This document shows positions 28,542 to 38,321 of a stretch of DNA of 52,334 bases, piece by piece. Source of the DNA: a virus (lineage: Duplodnaviria > Caudoviricetes); the IMG/VR virus record IMGVR_UViG_3300049491_000673, positions 1-52,334 of that record. One strand, 5' to 3'. Each line of letters begins with the position of its first letter. The stretch's first letter is position 1. Below the pieces are notes generated by a model, which saw only the letters and a program-made list of their open reading frames with translations, was not told the DNA's origin and did no database searches. The translations under genes and the position numbers were made by a program.

Positions 28542-29117
28542 CTATTTGAGTTTACTGAAATCTTCGATCGAAGAAGGAATGTCCATGGCTGGCAGCTTAT
28601 CCAGAATCGAAAGCATCATGCCAGTCTTAGAGGTTTTCTTCGCCTTCGTCTCACGCTTAGCGGTGATTGATTCCTTGCTCGCCTGTGCGTCCTCCTTCAC
28701 ATAGCGAATAAACTTCATGACATTGTGGACGTCACGGTCGATGAGGATGGAATCCAGCTCTGGCTGTTGAAGCAAGTCCGTCATGATGACCTTGACATGC
28801 CCTCGCACAGTGTCAATAGTGTATGGGCTGAGTCCAAGTTCACTCATGCACAGCCTGTCCAGTTCGTCCAGACGCTCTTTGAATCCAAGGTCTGGCATCA
28901 GGACGGCCGGCGGCTGCGGCTTACCCAATGGCAGTACACTGGGAATCAATTTCGCCACCGCGGTTGTTGTAGCAGGAGAGGCTGGCTTGGAGGGAATCGG
29001 CAGAGCCGGCTTCACAGTCATGGGAGGTGGAGGAGGGGCGGCGGACGGCTTGGCCGTTTCCACTTTGGCTTGTGGATTCGCCGCTAGCTTCTTGAAAATG
29101 GCAGGATCGATCGGCAT
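28542..29117 (-). CDS. Hypothetical protein with Pro-rich N-terminal half
   Basis: 191 aa ORF tiling the operon; its N-terminus resembles that of the helicase. Confidence 0.7.
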   Translation of the reverse strand: MPIDPAIFKKLAANPQAKVETAKPSAAPPPPPMTVKPALPIPSKPASPATTTAVAKLIPSVLPLGKPQPPAVLMPDLGFKERLDELDRLCMSELGLSPYTIDTVRGHVKVIMTDLLQQPELDSILIDRDVHNVMKFIRYVKEDAQASKESITAKRETKAKKTSKTGMMLSILDKLPAMDIPSSIEDFSKLK

Positions 29118-29118
29118 A

Positions 29119-29475
29119 TTAGTTGAATCCTTCTGGAAGTGTAAGGCCGCTATGTTCGAGGATGTTTTTGAAATGCTGATTCAGAGTCATATTCCAGCGC
29201 ACGATGACAGCTTCGCCTCTGATTCCAGCTTCATCGGTATAGGGGAAAGGGTCGGAGAGTTTGAACCCATATTGGAGTCTATTCTCCTCCGGCACCTTGG
29301 CCCGCTCTTTCGACATGCTGACTCTAATATTCTTCGCTGCCGCCAATGCCAATCGAGGTCCAGTAATCAAGACAACTGGGAGATCCTGATTCTCTCTCCA
29401 GCACTCCAATAGAATCGCCAGTGCTTGCCGACCCTGGATTGGGTGCCTGCGGAAATTGATCTGACGTACGCGCAT
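29119..29475 (-). CDS. Hypothetical basic protein
   Basis: GGGAG RBS; tiles the operon. Confidence 0.65.
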   Translation of the reverse strand: MRVRQINFRRHPIQGRQALAILLECWRENQDLPVVLITGPRLALAAAKNIRVSMSKERAKVPEENRLQYGFKLSDPFPYTDEAGIRGEAVIVRWNMTLNQHFKNILEHSGLTLPEGFN

Positions 29476-29505
29476 TACGAATCTCCCGTAGGATTGCTTG
29501 ACGTT

Positions 29506-29787
29506 TCATTTCGGACTTAGGACTTCGCCAGCCCTCGATTCGAGGATCTCGGTCTCTGTCAGCTTCATCATAACCATGCGGTTTGTCGCTAAGTCCAAGC
29601 TCCCACAGTAGCGGATTCGCTGGCCATCCCTCTGCCTTGACCACTTCCCGCATAGCATCAAGGCAGACGATAGAATGAAAGACGATTCGGGGCCAGCGAG
29701 GACTCTGGAGTAGAGATTGGGTTGCATACTGGATTCCATCATAACCCCCTCCACAGATGATGCATACGGGTTGCGCCATTCCACCAT
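29506..29787 (-). CDS. Hypothetical protein (frame ambiguous)
   Basis: GGAG 7 nt before the ATG; an alternative frame (29324-29794) exists. Confidence 0.35.
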   Translation of the reverse strand: MVEWRNPYASSVEGVMMESSMQPNLYSRVLAGPESSFILSSALMLCGKWSRQRDGQRIRYCGSLDLATNRMVMMKLTETEILESRAGEVLSPK

Positions 29788-29812
29788 GAGTCATCTCCAG
29801 TTACCCACCATC

Positions 29813-30145
29813 TTAGCCATGGTGGACTCGGACCTTGTAGCCGAGGAATCGAAGGATTTTTATGACGGTCCCCGCCCTCGGTGCCTTCGTTTCACCGTAA
29901 GCAATGCGTGAGATCGTCGAGTGATTCATGCCCAACTTCGTGGCTATCTGATTAACCGTCGTCTTTCCATGGTGCATGTACTGAAAGAGTTCGTCCTGCA
30001 TGAATCGACAGACGCTGCTATCATCCTCCCAGTCGAGTACAAAGCTGTTCGACTTAGGACGAATCGGACCCGGGCCTCGTGCCGCCAGCACTTCCCGAGT
30101 CTGTTTGTTTATCATCGCCATTTCTTTCGGTTCTAGAATCGACAT
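29813..30145 (-). CDS. XRE-family helix-turn-helix protein
   Basis: TVNQIATKLGMNHSTISRIAYGETKAPRAGTVIKILRFLG. Confidence 0.8.
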   Translation of the reverse strand: MSILEPKEMAMINKQTREVLAARGPGPIRPKSNSFVLDWEDDSSVCRFMQDELFQYMHHGKTTVNQIATKLGMNHSTISRIAYGETKAPRAGTVIKILRFLGYKVRVHHG

Positions 30146-30417
30146 TAACCCGCTAACCATTTCAGATACTCCACTTCGTTTACAACTTGAACATCTGACT
30201 CCTGCACGTAGATCAAGTTCTCTCCACCTGACTCACGCACAGTACCCTTGAACTGGTAAATCATCTGGTACACAGCTGACTCACCTTCGTCCTCGACGTA
30301 ACTATCGATTTTCTTGCCGATCCAACCGACAGGCAAGAATCCTTTGCCGGCAGGAAAGCCACGACGAGTATAATAATCGTCCCTGAGTCGGACCTTAGTA
30401 TCATATCTCAAGGTCAT
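30145..30417 (-). CDS. Hypothetical protein
   Basis: Coupled on both sides; beta-rich, possibly SH3-like. Confidence 0.6.
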   Translation of the reverse strand: MTLRYDTKVRLRDDYYTRRGFPAGKGFLPVGWIGKKIDSYVEDEGESAVYQMIYQFKGTVRESGGENLIYVQESDVQVVNEVEYLKWLAG

Positions 30418-30680
30418 TTTACTTCCGACTCCTTCGCTTTTTCACGAGGCGGGAACGTAACTCCTTCGCCCTGCTTCCACTCAAAGCAGATTGAATCTCC
30501 TCCATCAGTGATAATGACTCGATCAATGATTCCCATCCTTGCCCCGACGCTTGAAGTAAAGTGCGCCGCAGCATCAACAGCCTCTTCTGCTGAGACTCCT
30601 CTTCTAACATATTCGTATGACTCATCTTTGCTGAAGAATTGACACACAGAAAATTCTCCAACAGTCCCGGTCATGGCCAT
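30414..30680 (-). CDS. Hypothetical phage protein
   Basis: GGAGG RBS; EFSVCQFF...RVIITDGGD...FEW motif. Confidence 0.65.
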   Translation of the reverse strand: MAMTGTVGEFSVCQFFSKDESYEYVRRGVSAEEAVDAAAHFTSSVGARMGIIDRVIITDGGDSICFEWKQGEGVTFPPREKAKESEVK

Positions 30681-30681
30681 C

Positions 30682-31413
30682 TTAGAATCCTCCCCCGCTT
30701 GCATTGAATTGCCGAATCATCTCGGCCCCCTCGTCTAAGGCATCCGCTAAGTCCTCCTCGCGAGTCAGCTCTGTTGCGTTTCCCCACTCTAAACCAAAGT
30801 TATCCGCACAGATCGGCCCATAGCCATAGTACAGTGAATCCTTGCTCCGTAATGTGATGCCACAAAAACAGCAGGAACGCTCGGCCTTACCGTAAACCCG
30901 TCCTGCATCACTTGGATTCGTGGCGAAATCCTCCAGCACCTTGCCCAGCCCTTGAGGTGGCTTATTCTTCCGGGACATTGAATATGCTCCACCCCGATCG
31001 ACTCCGCCAATCCACGGTCGCTTTCCATAATCGTCTTTGACATCGACATTAAGGTGAAGCTTGTCGTCTTTGCCATGGGTGAGTCGAATAGGCGTCTTAT
31101 CACACGTGAACTTGATGACCGGCCATTGTACATGTTTTGACTCCGCTCGTTCAAACAGTGCAAACAACTTCGTCACATCGCCAAGTTGAATCACCGTGTG
31201 CTCTGCCTTCTTCGGCACCATGCTGCCGGTCGTGCTCTCGTGCGCCCGCTCTGTGAGCGTCGTGACCCACGGGATTTGATTCTTGCTGAGCCAGCCCTTC
31301 TGATCCCACTGGGAGATGAGCTGGTTGGCGAACTTCTGATCTCGTTCATTGAGTCGATCGACGACATCGCGAAGCGCATCGACGATGAGGGACTTTGTTC
31401 CGGGAGTACCCAT
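30682..31413 (-). CDS. DUF6011-like Zn-binding domain protein
   Basis: C-terminal CCFCGITL...S...GYGPICA. Confidence 0.7.
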   Translation of the reverse strand: MGTPGTKSLIVDALRDVVDRLNERDQKFANQLISQWDQKGWLSKNQIPWVTTLTERAHESTTGSMVPKKAEHTVIQLGDVTKLFALFERAESKHVQWPVIKFTCDKTPIRLTHGKDDKLHLNVDVKDDYGKRPWIGGVDRGGAYSMSRKNKPPQGLGKVLEDFATNPSDAGRVYGKAERSCCFCGITLRSKDSLYYGYGPICADNFGLEWGNATELTREEDLADALDEGAEMIRQFNASGGGF

Positions 31414-31425
31414 TTAATGATTCCT

Positions 31426-31929
31426 TTATGAGTGTTTACGTCTATTTAGAGTTTGATCTAAGGCAGTTGACCACTGAAGATTACCTTCAGCATAATCACC
31501 ATTAGTATTGATTCGATCTAATGATAGACCAAATTTTTTTCTATTTTCATAGTCAAGTAGTGTCGAACAATAGGTAATAAAAGATTCAGCATCATGTTTC
31601 CATGATTCTTGCATCTTAATACCTCTTGCACCATACCATTTGAATCCCTTGTCATTAGGATTATAGCAACGTGATTTAGCATTTCGCCACACAGAATATA
31701 ATGGGTGCAAATGCAATCCATGAGTCAAAGGACGTACAATCTCAAGTTGCTTTAGTCTTAAACAACCACAAGATTTTACATTCCCGCTGCGTAGATTCGA
31801 ACCACGTATTTTCTTTTCAGTCCCACATTCGCACCTGCATAGAATAGGCCATGTAGCACGCCCATCATGTAGTGCAGTTAACTGCCCATACATTTGATTC
31901 TTTTTAATCACATAGCCAATGACAGACAT
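31426..31929 (-). CDS. HNH homing endonuclease
   Basis: CRCECG...LRSG..KSCGC, LYSVW...KSRC, YGARGI, SLDRINTNGDYAEGNLQW; AT-rich. Confidence 0.85.
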   Translation of the reverse strand: MSVIGYVIKKNQMYGQLTALHDGRATWPILCRCECGTEKKIRGSNLRSGNVKSCGCLRLKQLEIVRPLTHGLHLHPLYSVWRNAKSRCYNPNDKGFKWYGARGIKMQESWKHDAESFITYCSTLLDYENRKKFGLSLDRINTNGDYAEGNLQWSTALDQTLNRRKHS

Positions 31930-31975
31930 TTCGCCCCCCGCGGTTAGCTTAGTTCGAGGTCCTCGGCGTGAGTCA

Positions 31976-32010
31976 GCGGGGCCGGTCGGATTCTTAAGCC
32001 CCGGCCCCGC
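31976..32010 (-). terminator. GC-rich stem-loop
   Basis: GCGGGGCCGG pairs with CCGGCCCCGC and extends through flanking GAGTCA/TGACTC; no clear U-tract. Confidence 0.4.
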
Positions 32011-32029
32011 CTTGACTCGTGCTTAGCCG

Positions 32030-32320
32030 CTAGACCGTGCGGCCTCGGCGACCAGAGTCAACCATGGCAGGGCGATCATCGCCGCCACCAGCAAGCGTGT
32101 GTAGGTCTTCATACACCTTCTCCATGAGTCCCTTAGGTATAGGCACTTCCGACGAGGCAAGGGGCTTTGAATCCTCGACGAAACAGAACGGCTTGATGAG
32201 GAGCGTCGGATACTGACTCCGAAGGTCCTCGACGGCCGATTCAGTGTAGAGTATGATGGTGCTGGAATAGCGGAAGCCGCACAGCCAGCCATCGATTTTG
32301 GGTTTGGACATTTGACTCAT
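32030..32320 (-). CDS. Hypothetical protein
   Basis: ATGA overlap with the upstream gene; AAGGA RBS. Confidence 0.55.
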   Translation of the reverse strand: MSQMSKPKIDGWLCGFRYSSTIILYTESAVEDLRSQYPTLLIKPFCFVEDSKPLASSEVPIPKGLMEKVYEDLHTLAGGGDDRPAMVDSGRRGRTV

Positions 32321-32535
32321 TCCTTTCCAAGTCGCTGGCTGAGACCGACTTCCTTTTGGTTATCGATTCGCAGAGTCCAGCCGAAGTTGTTTGTCTCAAA
32401 CTGCCGTATGCGGGCACCCGTCGGATAGTAGATGCCGCCGAATGAGAACGGAGTCACCACTGTCCGTTCATGGGGACTCAACATCGTGCGCCTCGTCCCC
32501 ATGAAATGCTTGCTGACTGCGTATGCAGTTTCCAT
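32317..32535 (-). CDS. Hypothetical protein
   Basis: GAGG RBS just after the helicase stop; METAYAV start. Confidence 0.55.
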   Translation of the reverse strand: METAYAVSKHFMGTRRTMLSPHERTVVTPFSFGGIYYPTGARIRQFETNNFGWTLRIDNQKEVGLSQRLGKE

Positions 32536-32540
32536 CTGAC

Positions 32541-34499
32541 TCAATCCTCTATTCTCGTGCGAACCTGTATCTTTAGCGGTCCGAGTCCTTCCATGCTGAT
32601 GGCCTGATACCGCTTGATCTTCTCGGCGAGATTCGCTCCGAAGATCTTCTGCTTGGACAAAGCGGATCTGATTCCGAAGTCCGTGTACAAAAACACCACG
32701 CGCTTGACCGCTCGCGTGACTGCCGTATAGAGCCACTCGCGACTCAACTGCGACTTCACAGAGTGATGCACGACGATGATGGCTGTGTCGAACTGGCTGC
32801 CTTGGCACTTGTGACACGTCGAGGCGTAGGCCAGCATCAGTGACTCAACTTGAGCTTTGCTGCTGAACACCCTGATGGCTCCAGTCTGGAACACGACGTG
32901 GACCTTGTGACTCGCAGCGCCACCACCGGCGGCATCTTTGTCCGCATCCTTATCCCCGGACAGATTGATTGACTCAATGTCCGGCAGATCGTCCACGGTG
33001 AAACGTGCGAAAGCATCGAGTCCAGACTGCGTGAACTTGCCGTCCGCGCCCTTGACGCCGCCCAGCCCGCCAGCACTGTTGAAGAAGTCCTCGATCTGAT
33101 TCTTCTTCGCCAACTGAACGTCCTTCTCCGGTCCGACGAGGGAATGATTCCCGTGCCAGCCCGGATGCTTCTCGATATGGACGATCTTGCCGACCATGCC
33201 GTTCGTGACTCGATCCTCGATGTCCGGGCTTTCATTCTTCGTAGCCATCACTCGATGACCGACTTCAAACTTCTTGATCGCCCGGCCAGCATCGATAATG
33301 ATTCGCGGGTTCTCATCCGTAGGCGGAACGATCAGATGAGAGAGTGCTTCGTTGATCCAGAACTGTTGGAGTCCGGCACCCGTCTTTTCCTCTTCGTACC
33401 CATTGCCCGCCGTGATGATTCGATCACGATATGGATCATAGACTGGAGGAGTCTCTGGATCGACCGAAGCGTGGACCTTGTAACCGCGAAGCGCATTCGC
33501 GATAGCAACCACTTGATGCCCAGCCTTATCTGGATTCGTATCCAGTTTGAAGCCGATCACTCGCCAATTGTGATTCGTTTGGCTATCGTCCATCTCGAAA
33601 GTATTGCCGGCGAGGATGCTGTGCGCCACTTCGATGATTCGATTGGCTGCCGGTTCCTTCTGACGATGGATGTGAGTCAGTTCGGCCACCGGCCACTGTG
33701 CCAGCGTGAACGCGAGGATGGAATATGAGGCGGTCGGAGTCAACTGATTCAGATCACCTATCATGAATATCTTCGTGCTGGGCTTGCAAGCATCCAGAAG
33801 CTGGTGCCAGAGTTCGAGGCCCACCATCGAGGATTCATCGATGACAATCACGTCGTGCATCAGCTTGTTCTGTGCATGACGCATCGGCATGAAGATCTGA
33901 CTCTCTTTGATCTGTCCGTTCTTCTGGACGATCTCGGTCTTGACCGGCGCGTATTCCAGCAAGCTGTGAATCGTCTTGCACGAAGGATGAAGCCATTCCG
34001 GCATGTTCTGCTTGATGACGTGAGTCGCCGTGCCCGTGAAGGCCACAAGCGCGATGTTCAGCCCCTGCTTGCCCGGCAGCATACGAACACGCTGCGGCTC
34101 GACTCCATACTCCTTGTCACCGTAGATCAGCTTCTGGAGAAAGAATCGAAGGCTCGTTGTTTTGCCGGAACCGGCCGCGCCGATCAAGCATCCGTATTGC
34201 TCAAACAGAAGCATCTTGATTGCTTCGATCTGACTCTCATCCAGCTGAATGTCTGGATTCACGAGCCGCGAATCCCGCTCGGACGGCAGGACGAAGGACT
34301 TACGCTTCGCCGCGCTCTCATCCGACTCCTCGTAGTAATCCTCTTCCTCGATCTCCGGCTGTGGCTGCGCGGTGACGATTCGAGTGGCGACGATATTTGC
34401 CTTCGTTTCCACATAGTCGCTGTCGCTGACTCTGGATTCAATGATAGCGCGCTTGGGCGTGTCGCCAAGCTTTTTGAACATTGCAGGATCGATACCCAT
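32541..34499 (-). CDS. RecD/Dda-like SF1B helicase
   Basis: GAAGSGKTT, AFTG, TIHSLL, IDESSMV, GDLNQL, IHRQ, AYASTCHKCQGSQF, WLYTAVTRA. Confidence 0.92.
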   Translation of the reverse strand: MGIDPAMFKKLGDTPKRAIIESRVSDSDYVETKANIVATRIVTAQPQPEIEEEDYYEESDESAAKRKSFVLPSERDSRLVNPDIQLDESQIEAIKMLLFEQYGCLIGAAGSGKTTSLRFFLQKLIYGDKEYGVEPQRVRMLPGKQGLNIALVAFTGTATHVIKQNMPEWLHPSCKTIHSLLEYAPVKTEIVQKNGQIKESQIFMPMRHAQNKLMHDVIVIDESSMVGLELWHQLLDACKPSTKIFMIGDLNQLTPTASYSILAFTLAQWPVAELTHIHRQKEPAANRIIEVAHSILAGNTFEMDDSQTNHNWRVIGFKLDTNPDKAGHQVVAIANALRGYKVHASVDPETPPVYDPYRDRIITAGNGYEEEKTGAGLQQFWINEALSHLIVPPTDENPRIIIDAGRAIKKFEVGHRVMATKNESPDIEDRVTNGMVGKIVHIEKHPGWHGNHSLVGPEKDVQLAKKNQIEDFFNSAGGLGGVKGADGKFTQSGLDAFARFTVDDLPDIESINLSGDKDADKDAAGGGAASHKVHVVFQTGAIRVFSSKAQVESLMLAYASTCHKCQGSQFDTAIIVVHHSVKSQLSREWLYTAVTRAVKRVVFLYTDFGIRSALSKQKIFGANLAEKIKRYQAISMEGLGPLKIQVRTRIED

Positions 34500-34502
34500 G
34501 AC

Positions 34503-35876
34503 TCATTCCTCTCCCGGAATCTTCAACTCTGGCATGGCAACGCCACCACCCGAAGTGAATCGTTCTAACATTTGCATATTGAGTGAAAGTTTGCGAGGCT
34601 TTTTGACGGCCTTCTGTCCTTTGGACTCACGTGCCTTGGCTTCCATTTTCTCGATCTCTGCCATACGAGTCCGAAGAACTTCAGGAACCGCGTTGCCCGA
34701 AGTCAGATATTTGTTGTAAAGCTCTTTGGTCGCGGAGTCACCACGACGAACCTTCGTATTCCCGCCATGGTTCGCTTTGAGGCCCATCACATGCTTGAGT
34801 GACTCAACCCGCTTATCCGACCAACTAACTTCCATCGATTGATTAAGCGACTTAAGCAATGACTCCATATGATGAGTCTCTGCTTGAGTGGACTTCCGTT
34901 GGCCACGGCCTTCGAGGGCTTCATGAATCAAAGCCATCATAGCATTGCCACTAGTTCCAGTGGCGAACTTGCCAGCTGATTCCGCCTTCTCAAACTTGTT
35001 GATATAGGCATCCATATCACGGGTGCCCATACGACTCGAATTAGCCATGGCGATTGAATGCAAGGCTGCCGTGATAGTCGCGGCATTGCCTTCCGGCTTG
35101 TTTTTCATCTTGCGGATGCGGATGATCGAGTCAGATTCTAGCTTGGCTAGAAGGCTGTGGAAAGCGACGAAGGACCATTCAGCCTTGCGACGCAGAGTCA
35201 GAAAAGCTTCTTTCAATTCCGCTTCATAGACGGCAGAGCGCAGATTGTGAATCGCGTCCAGCCGCAGAAGGCATTCAAAACCACGTTGCGCGGCCTTAGC
35301 CTCCTCGATCTGAGTCGGAGCTTCGTTACTCACTACCTTCAGGATACGGATAGCCCTGTCGGCCGTGACTCCATCCTCGTCCGATGCCGTCAATATCTTG
35401 AACCAATTGTCCGGCAGATTGTTGAGTCCAACTTGAAACTCAATCAGGAATGCCAATTTGGCCATGCTATTCGTCGAGGTTTGAATCTCCCGAATAGGCA
35501 CGAGTGAGTCGAATAGCAACTTTCCGGCGAGATAGGCGAAAAGCATTTTCGGCCCAATAGCATCGGACTTCATGACTCGCACGAGCGTGCTGTGATCATG
35601 ATGCAAGCGGAAGCATGGTGCAGGGCGCGAGGATTGCGCCCAATGCTGGAGTCCGAACTTTTCGGACAGATCGTCCGCACTGGCGAACGGCGAGCGATCC
35701 TGCTCGATTCGCAGGCAACGCATGATTTCGGCATCAGCGATAGTGCCGATGACGACTCCGGTCAACGAACAATGGGTTTTGTCCCAGTGTTCCTTACGAA
35801 TCAGCTCCAAAGCTTCCTCGCGAATCTTTCCACCCAATTCGGGTAGTTCTGGCATTTGAGGCATTTGTATTGACAT
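34503..35876 (-). CDS. Hypothetical protein (457 aa)
   Basis: Long ORF with AGGA RBS; CSLTG motif; basic C-terminus. Confidence 0.75.
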   Translation of the reverse strand: MSIQMPQMPELPELGGKIREEALELIRKEHWDKTHCSLTGVVIGTIADAEIMRCLRIEQDRSPFASADDLSEKFGLQHWAQSSRPAPCFRLHHDHSTLVRVMKSDAIGPKMLFAYLAGKLLFDSLVPIREIQTSTNSMAKLAFLIEFQVGLNNLPDNWFKILTASDEDGVTADRAIRILKVVSNEAPTQIEEAKAAQRGFECLLRLDAIHNLRSAVYEAELKEAFLTLRRKAEWSFVAFHSLLAKLESDSIIRIRKMKNKPEGNAATITAALHSIAMANSSRMGTRDMDAYINKFEKAESAGKFATGTSGNAMMALIHEALEGRGQRKSTQAETHHMESLLKSLNQSMEVSWSDKRVESLKHVMGLKANHGGNTKVRRGDSATKELYNKYLTSGNAVPEVLRTRMAEIEKMEAKARESKGQKAVKKPRKLSLNMQMLERFTSGGGVAMPELKIPGEE

Positions 35877-35909
35877 AACTTGAATCCTTGTCTAAATGAA
35901 TACGCGGTT

Positions 35910-36131
35910 TTAGCCGCGCGTGCTAGTGGCGAAAAGTGCAGGCTTAGATGTAGCGGGAATTGAATCAGCGTGTGGAGTAATCACCACGTCAATATCGTTG
36001 CGGCAGGCCCACATAAGAGTGTCCGTGAGTCGGCGAACATGGGTTGCTGACTTCAGATTCAGGATGAACGTGAAGTCTTGATTCGCATGTGCGTATGCGA
36101 GTTTGATTGTTGTCTTTTCGCGATCAGACAT
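35910..36131 (-). CDS. Hypothetical protein
   Basis: GGAG RBS; overlaps the upstream stop. Confidence 0.55.
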   Translation of the reverse strand: MSDREKTTIKLAYAHANQDFTFILNLKSATHVRRLTDTLMWACRNDIDVVITPHADSIPATSKPALFATSTRG

Positions 36132-36393
36132 TGGAGTCAGGCTCCATGTTCGCACGACGCATTCCGTCATACATCAACACGCGAAAAAGAGCCATTTGTG
36201 ACTCCTTGTTGATGTCATACATGAATTGCATCCAAGAGACCGGACGACCGAGATTGACCCATGATTCATAGGCCATTCGTGCATCATGTTGGCACTTGAT
36301 TGATTCCGCGATCATTTGCGGGAGTCGTTCATCGGCCGCGCGCACCCACGCGCGACGGTCTGAAGCATATTTCATTCGATCATTATAGGCCAT
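36124..36393 (-). CDS. Hypothetical protein
   Basis: AAGGA RBS before MAYNDRMK; first gene after the consensus promoter. Confidence 0.6.
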   Translation of the reverse strand: MAYNDRMKYASDRRAWVRAADERLPQMIAESIKCQHDARMAYESWVNLGRPVSWMQFMYDINKESQMALFRVLMYDGMRRANMEPDSNV

Positions 36394-36480
36394 TTTGAGT
36401 CCTTCATGAATAAAGCTTTGAGTCATAAGAAGCAAAGCCCGGTTGAGTCGAATCGATTTAGGGCGAGATTGCCCGCCCCT

Positions 36481-36509
36481 ATTATGCACGAAACGCAAGG
36501 TTGTGTCAA
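36481..36509 (-). promoter_or_regulatory. Sigma70 promoter TTGACA-N17-CATAAT driving the replication arm
   Basis: Minus strand reads TTGACA caaccttgcgtttcgtg CATAAT in an intergenic gap. Confidence 0.8.
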
Positions 36510-36566
36510 TCCCAAATTGCACGGAAAGGTTGCGAAACTTTCCCAATTTTGTTCCCCTTTTGTTCT

Positions 36567-37562
36567 TTAGGGCTCCTCCTTGGATTCAAACCCACTCATT
36601 AGAGTTTCAAGGCTGAGGCCAGCTTGATTCTCAATCGCCGCTCGCATGATCTGTTTTGCGGATTGCTTGTTGGATTTTGCTTTTGATTCAAACACTTCCA
36701 TGCTCTGGCGCCTGGCTTCGGCGAGAATCTCTTGTCGAAAATGCCCCTCGTCGAGTGCAAGCGTTGATTCCCAGTTCAGTTTCCGATCGATCCCCTCGTC
36801 GAACATATTCGCGCAGACAGAGTATCGTCTTGCCCATTCCTGCAAGCTGCCCTCGTTGATGAATCGAAACATTAGCCGTCGCACATTGTAGAATTGGTTG
36901 CGATAGCTCTGCGGTGTGATTCGACTCAACTGTATCATACCATGCTCTGCCAGATTCTCATACGGAGTCCGAAAGCTGATGTTCATGCCCGGCAAAGACC
37001 ATTGAATCGCACCGAAATCCCAGCCCGATCCTTCCTCGGCCCACATAGGAGGAATACCAACTGACTCACCGTAAGGTTGTCGGCCCCTATTTACATCGAC
37101 CCAGGTCTTTGGATTCAACTGGCCGTCATGGATCGTGTCAATGATATCACCGTCAGCCGCTTCGGCAATGTAGATCGAGCCCCATCGGATTCGGTCATGA
37201 GCATCCCTAATATGTGCTTTGGAGTTTCGAATCAGAGATGATTGCACATTATCCATGGACAGCAGCTTGGGTAGAAAGGGAAGGATGAATCGACCTTCCG
37301 ATGCTCGAAACGGATAGTAGCCTTTGCCATAGTCTCCGACCCAGCCTCCGATCGGCTCCATCGAACATAGACTCGCCCATGCTAAAAAGGTGATTGGTCT
37401 AGGTCGAGGGATTCCATCATCAGCAAAAAAGTGCTGACCATGAGCAATCGCTGCGTCTGACATAAGGTTGTTCTGAAAGTTCACTGCATGAAGTTCGAGT
37501 CCAAGCATCATCATGGACTTCATCCAATGTCCGATCGTAAATGGCACGGTGATTTTCACCAT
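36567..37562 (-). CDS. Hypothetical protein (331 aa)
   Basis: TAATG coupling with the upstream gene; AAGGAG RBS. Confidence 0.7.
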   Translation of the reverse strand: MVKITVPFTIGHWMKSMMMLGLELHAVNFQNNLMSDAAIAHGQHFFADDGIPRPRPITFLAWASLCSMEPIGGWVGDYGKGYYPFRASEGRFILPFLPKLLSMDNVQSSLIRNSKAHIRDAHDRIRWGSIYIAEAADGDIIDTIHDGQLNPKTWVDVNRGRQPYGESVGIPPMWAEEGSGWDFGAIQWSLPGMNISFRTPYENLAEHGMIQLSRITPQSYRNQFYNVRRLMFRFINEGSLQEWARRYSVCANMFDEGIDRKLNWESTLALDEGHFRQEILAEARRQSMEVFESKAKSNKQSAKQIMRAAIENQAGLSLETLMSGFESKEEP

Positions 37563-38317
37563 TACTTTGACTCCTTCACACCCATCATCAGAGCCTTGAA
37601 CGTAATCTCGCTCATAGGCATCTCCTGATTCAGCCTGCGCATAGAATCTATGAGTGATTCAAACTTCTTGTGAATCCACGCGTTGAGGTCATAGCTGGCA
37701 TTCACACGAAGGAATCTAGGGAAAGACTGGCCTTGGACTCGCTTGTGGACGAGCAGTTCCTGTTGATCGAGGAAGTAGAACACGCAAGCGGCGACCACCA
37801 ATGGCGTGTTCGTGCAAGTCGTGAGTAGATTCACCATATCTGAGAATGTTCCGACTCGAGTTCGATTGTCAACCTCGACAATGCCTCTGGCGATCTCATC
37901 GGACTTGACAATGGCAATCTCATCTCGGCTGAACCGATCCCAGAATTCGATATGGACTCCAAATAGCCTCGTCGATGTGCGAGTGCTGAAGTCATCTTGG
38001 ATAGTTAAACCGTATCGCTCTGATTCTTCCAGATACATCCTCCGCTTCTCCATCGGCATATAGGGCAGCTTGGCTCGATCGCAGAACAGTATCCATGCTG
38101 GTTCTGATTCAAGTGGCAGAAGCACGTGGGTCATGCCACGGCCCATAATGATCTTGAACAGTTCCATACAAGCCTGATTCAGGCCCATGTACCTCATCAT
38201 CTTGCCTTGCTCATTCGGCGACGGCGATCGATCGCGTTGAGCATGGTAGTTCACGGGAGTCGATTGCAATTCGCCGAATAGATTATCCAGCATTTTCTTT
38301 GGGTCATAGTCGGCCAT
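37562..38317 (-). CDS. Hypothetical protein (251 aa)
   Basis: Long ORF tiling the operon. Confidence 0.7.
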   Translation of the reverse strand: MADYDPKKMLDNLFGELQSTPVNYHAQRDRSPSPNEQGKMMRYMGLNQACMELFKIIMGRGMTHVLLPLESEPAWILFCDRAKLPYMPMEKRRMYLEESERYGLTIQDDFSTRTSTRLFGVHIEFWDRFSRDEIAIVKSDEIARGIVEVDNRTRVGTFSDMVNLLTTCTNTPLVVAACVFYFLDQQELLVHKRVQGQSFPRFLRVNASYDLNAWIHKKFESLIDSMRRLNQEMPMSEITFKALMMGVKESK

Positions 38318-38321
38318 GGAA

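Noticed and set aside
29324-29794. Alternative 156-aa ORF with CxxC
   Set aside because: It overlaps the 29119-29475 gene by ~150 bp and its RBS spacing is poor; not fully excluded.
29813-30145. Phage-encoded GcrA homologue explaining the GANTC enrichment
   Set aside because: The HTH is XRE-type and lacks the GcrA W...LW..G.S...IA..LG.SRNAVIGK signature.
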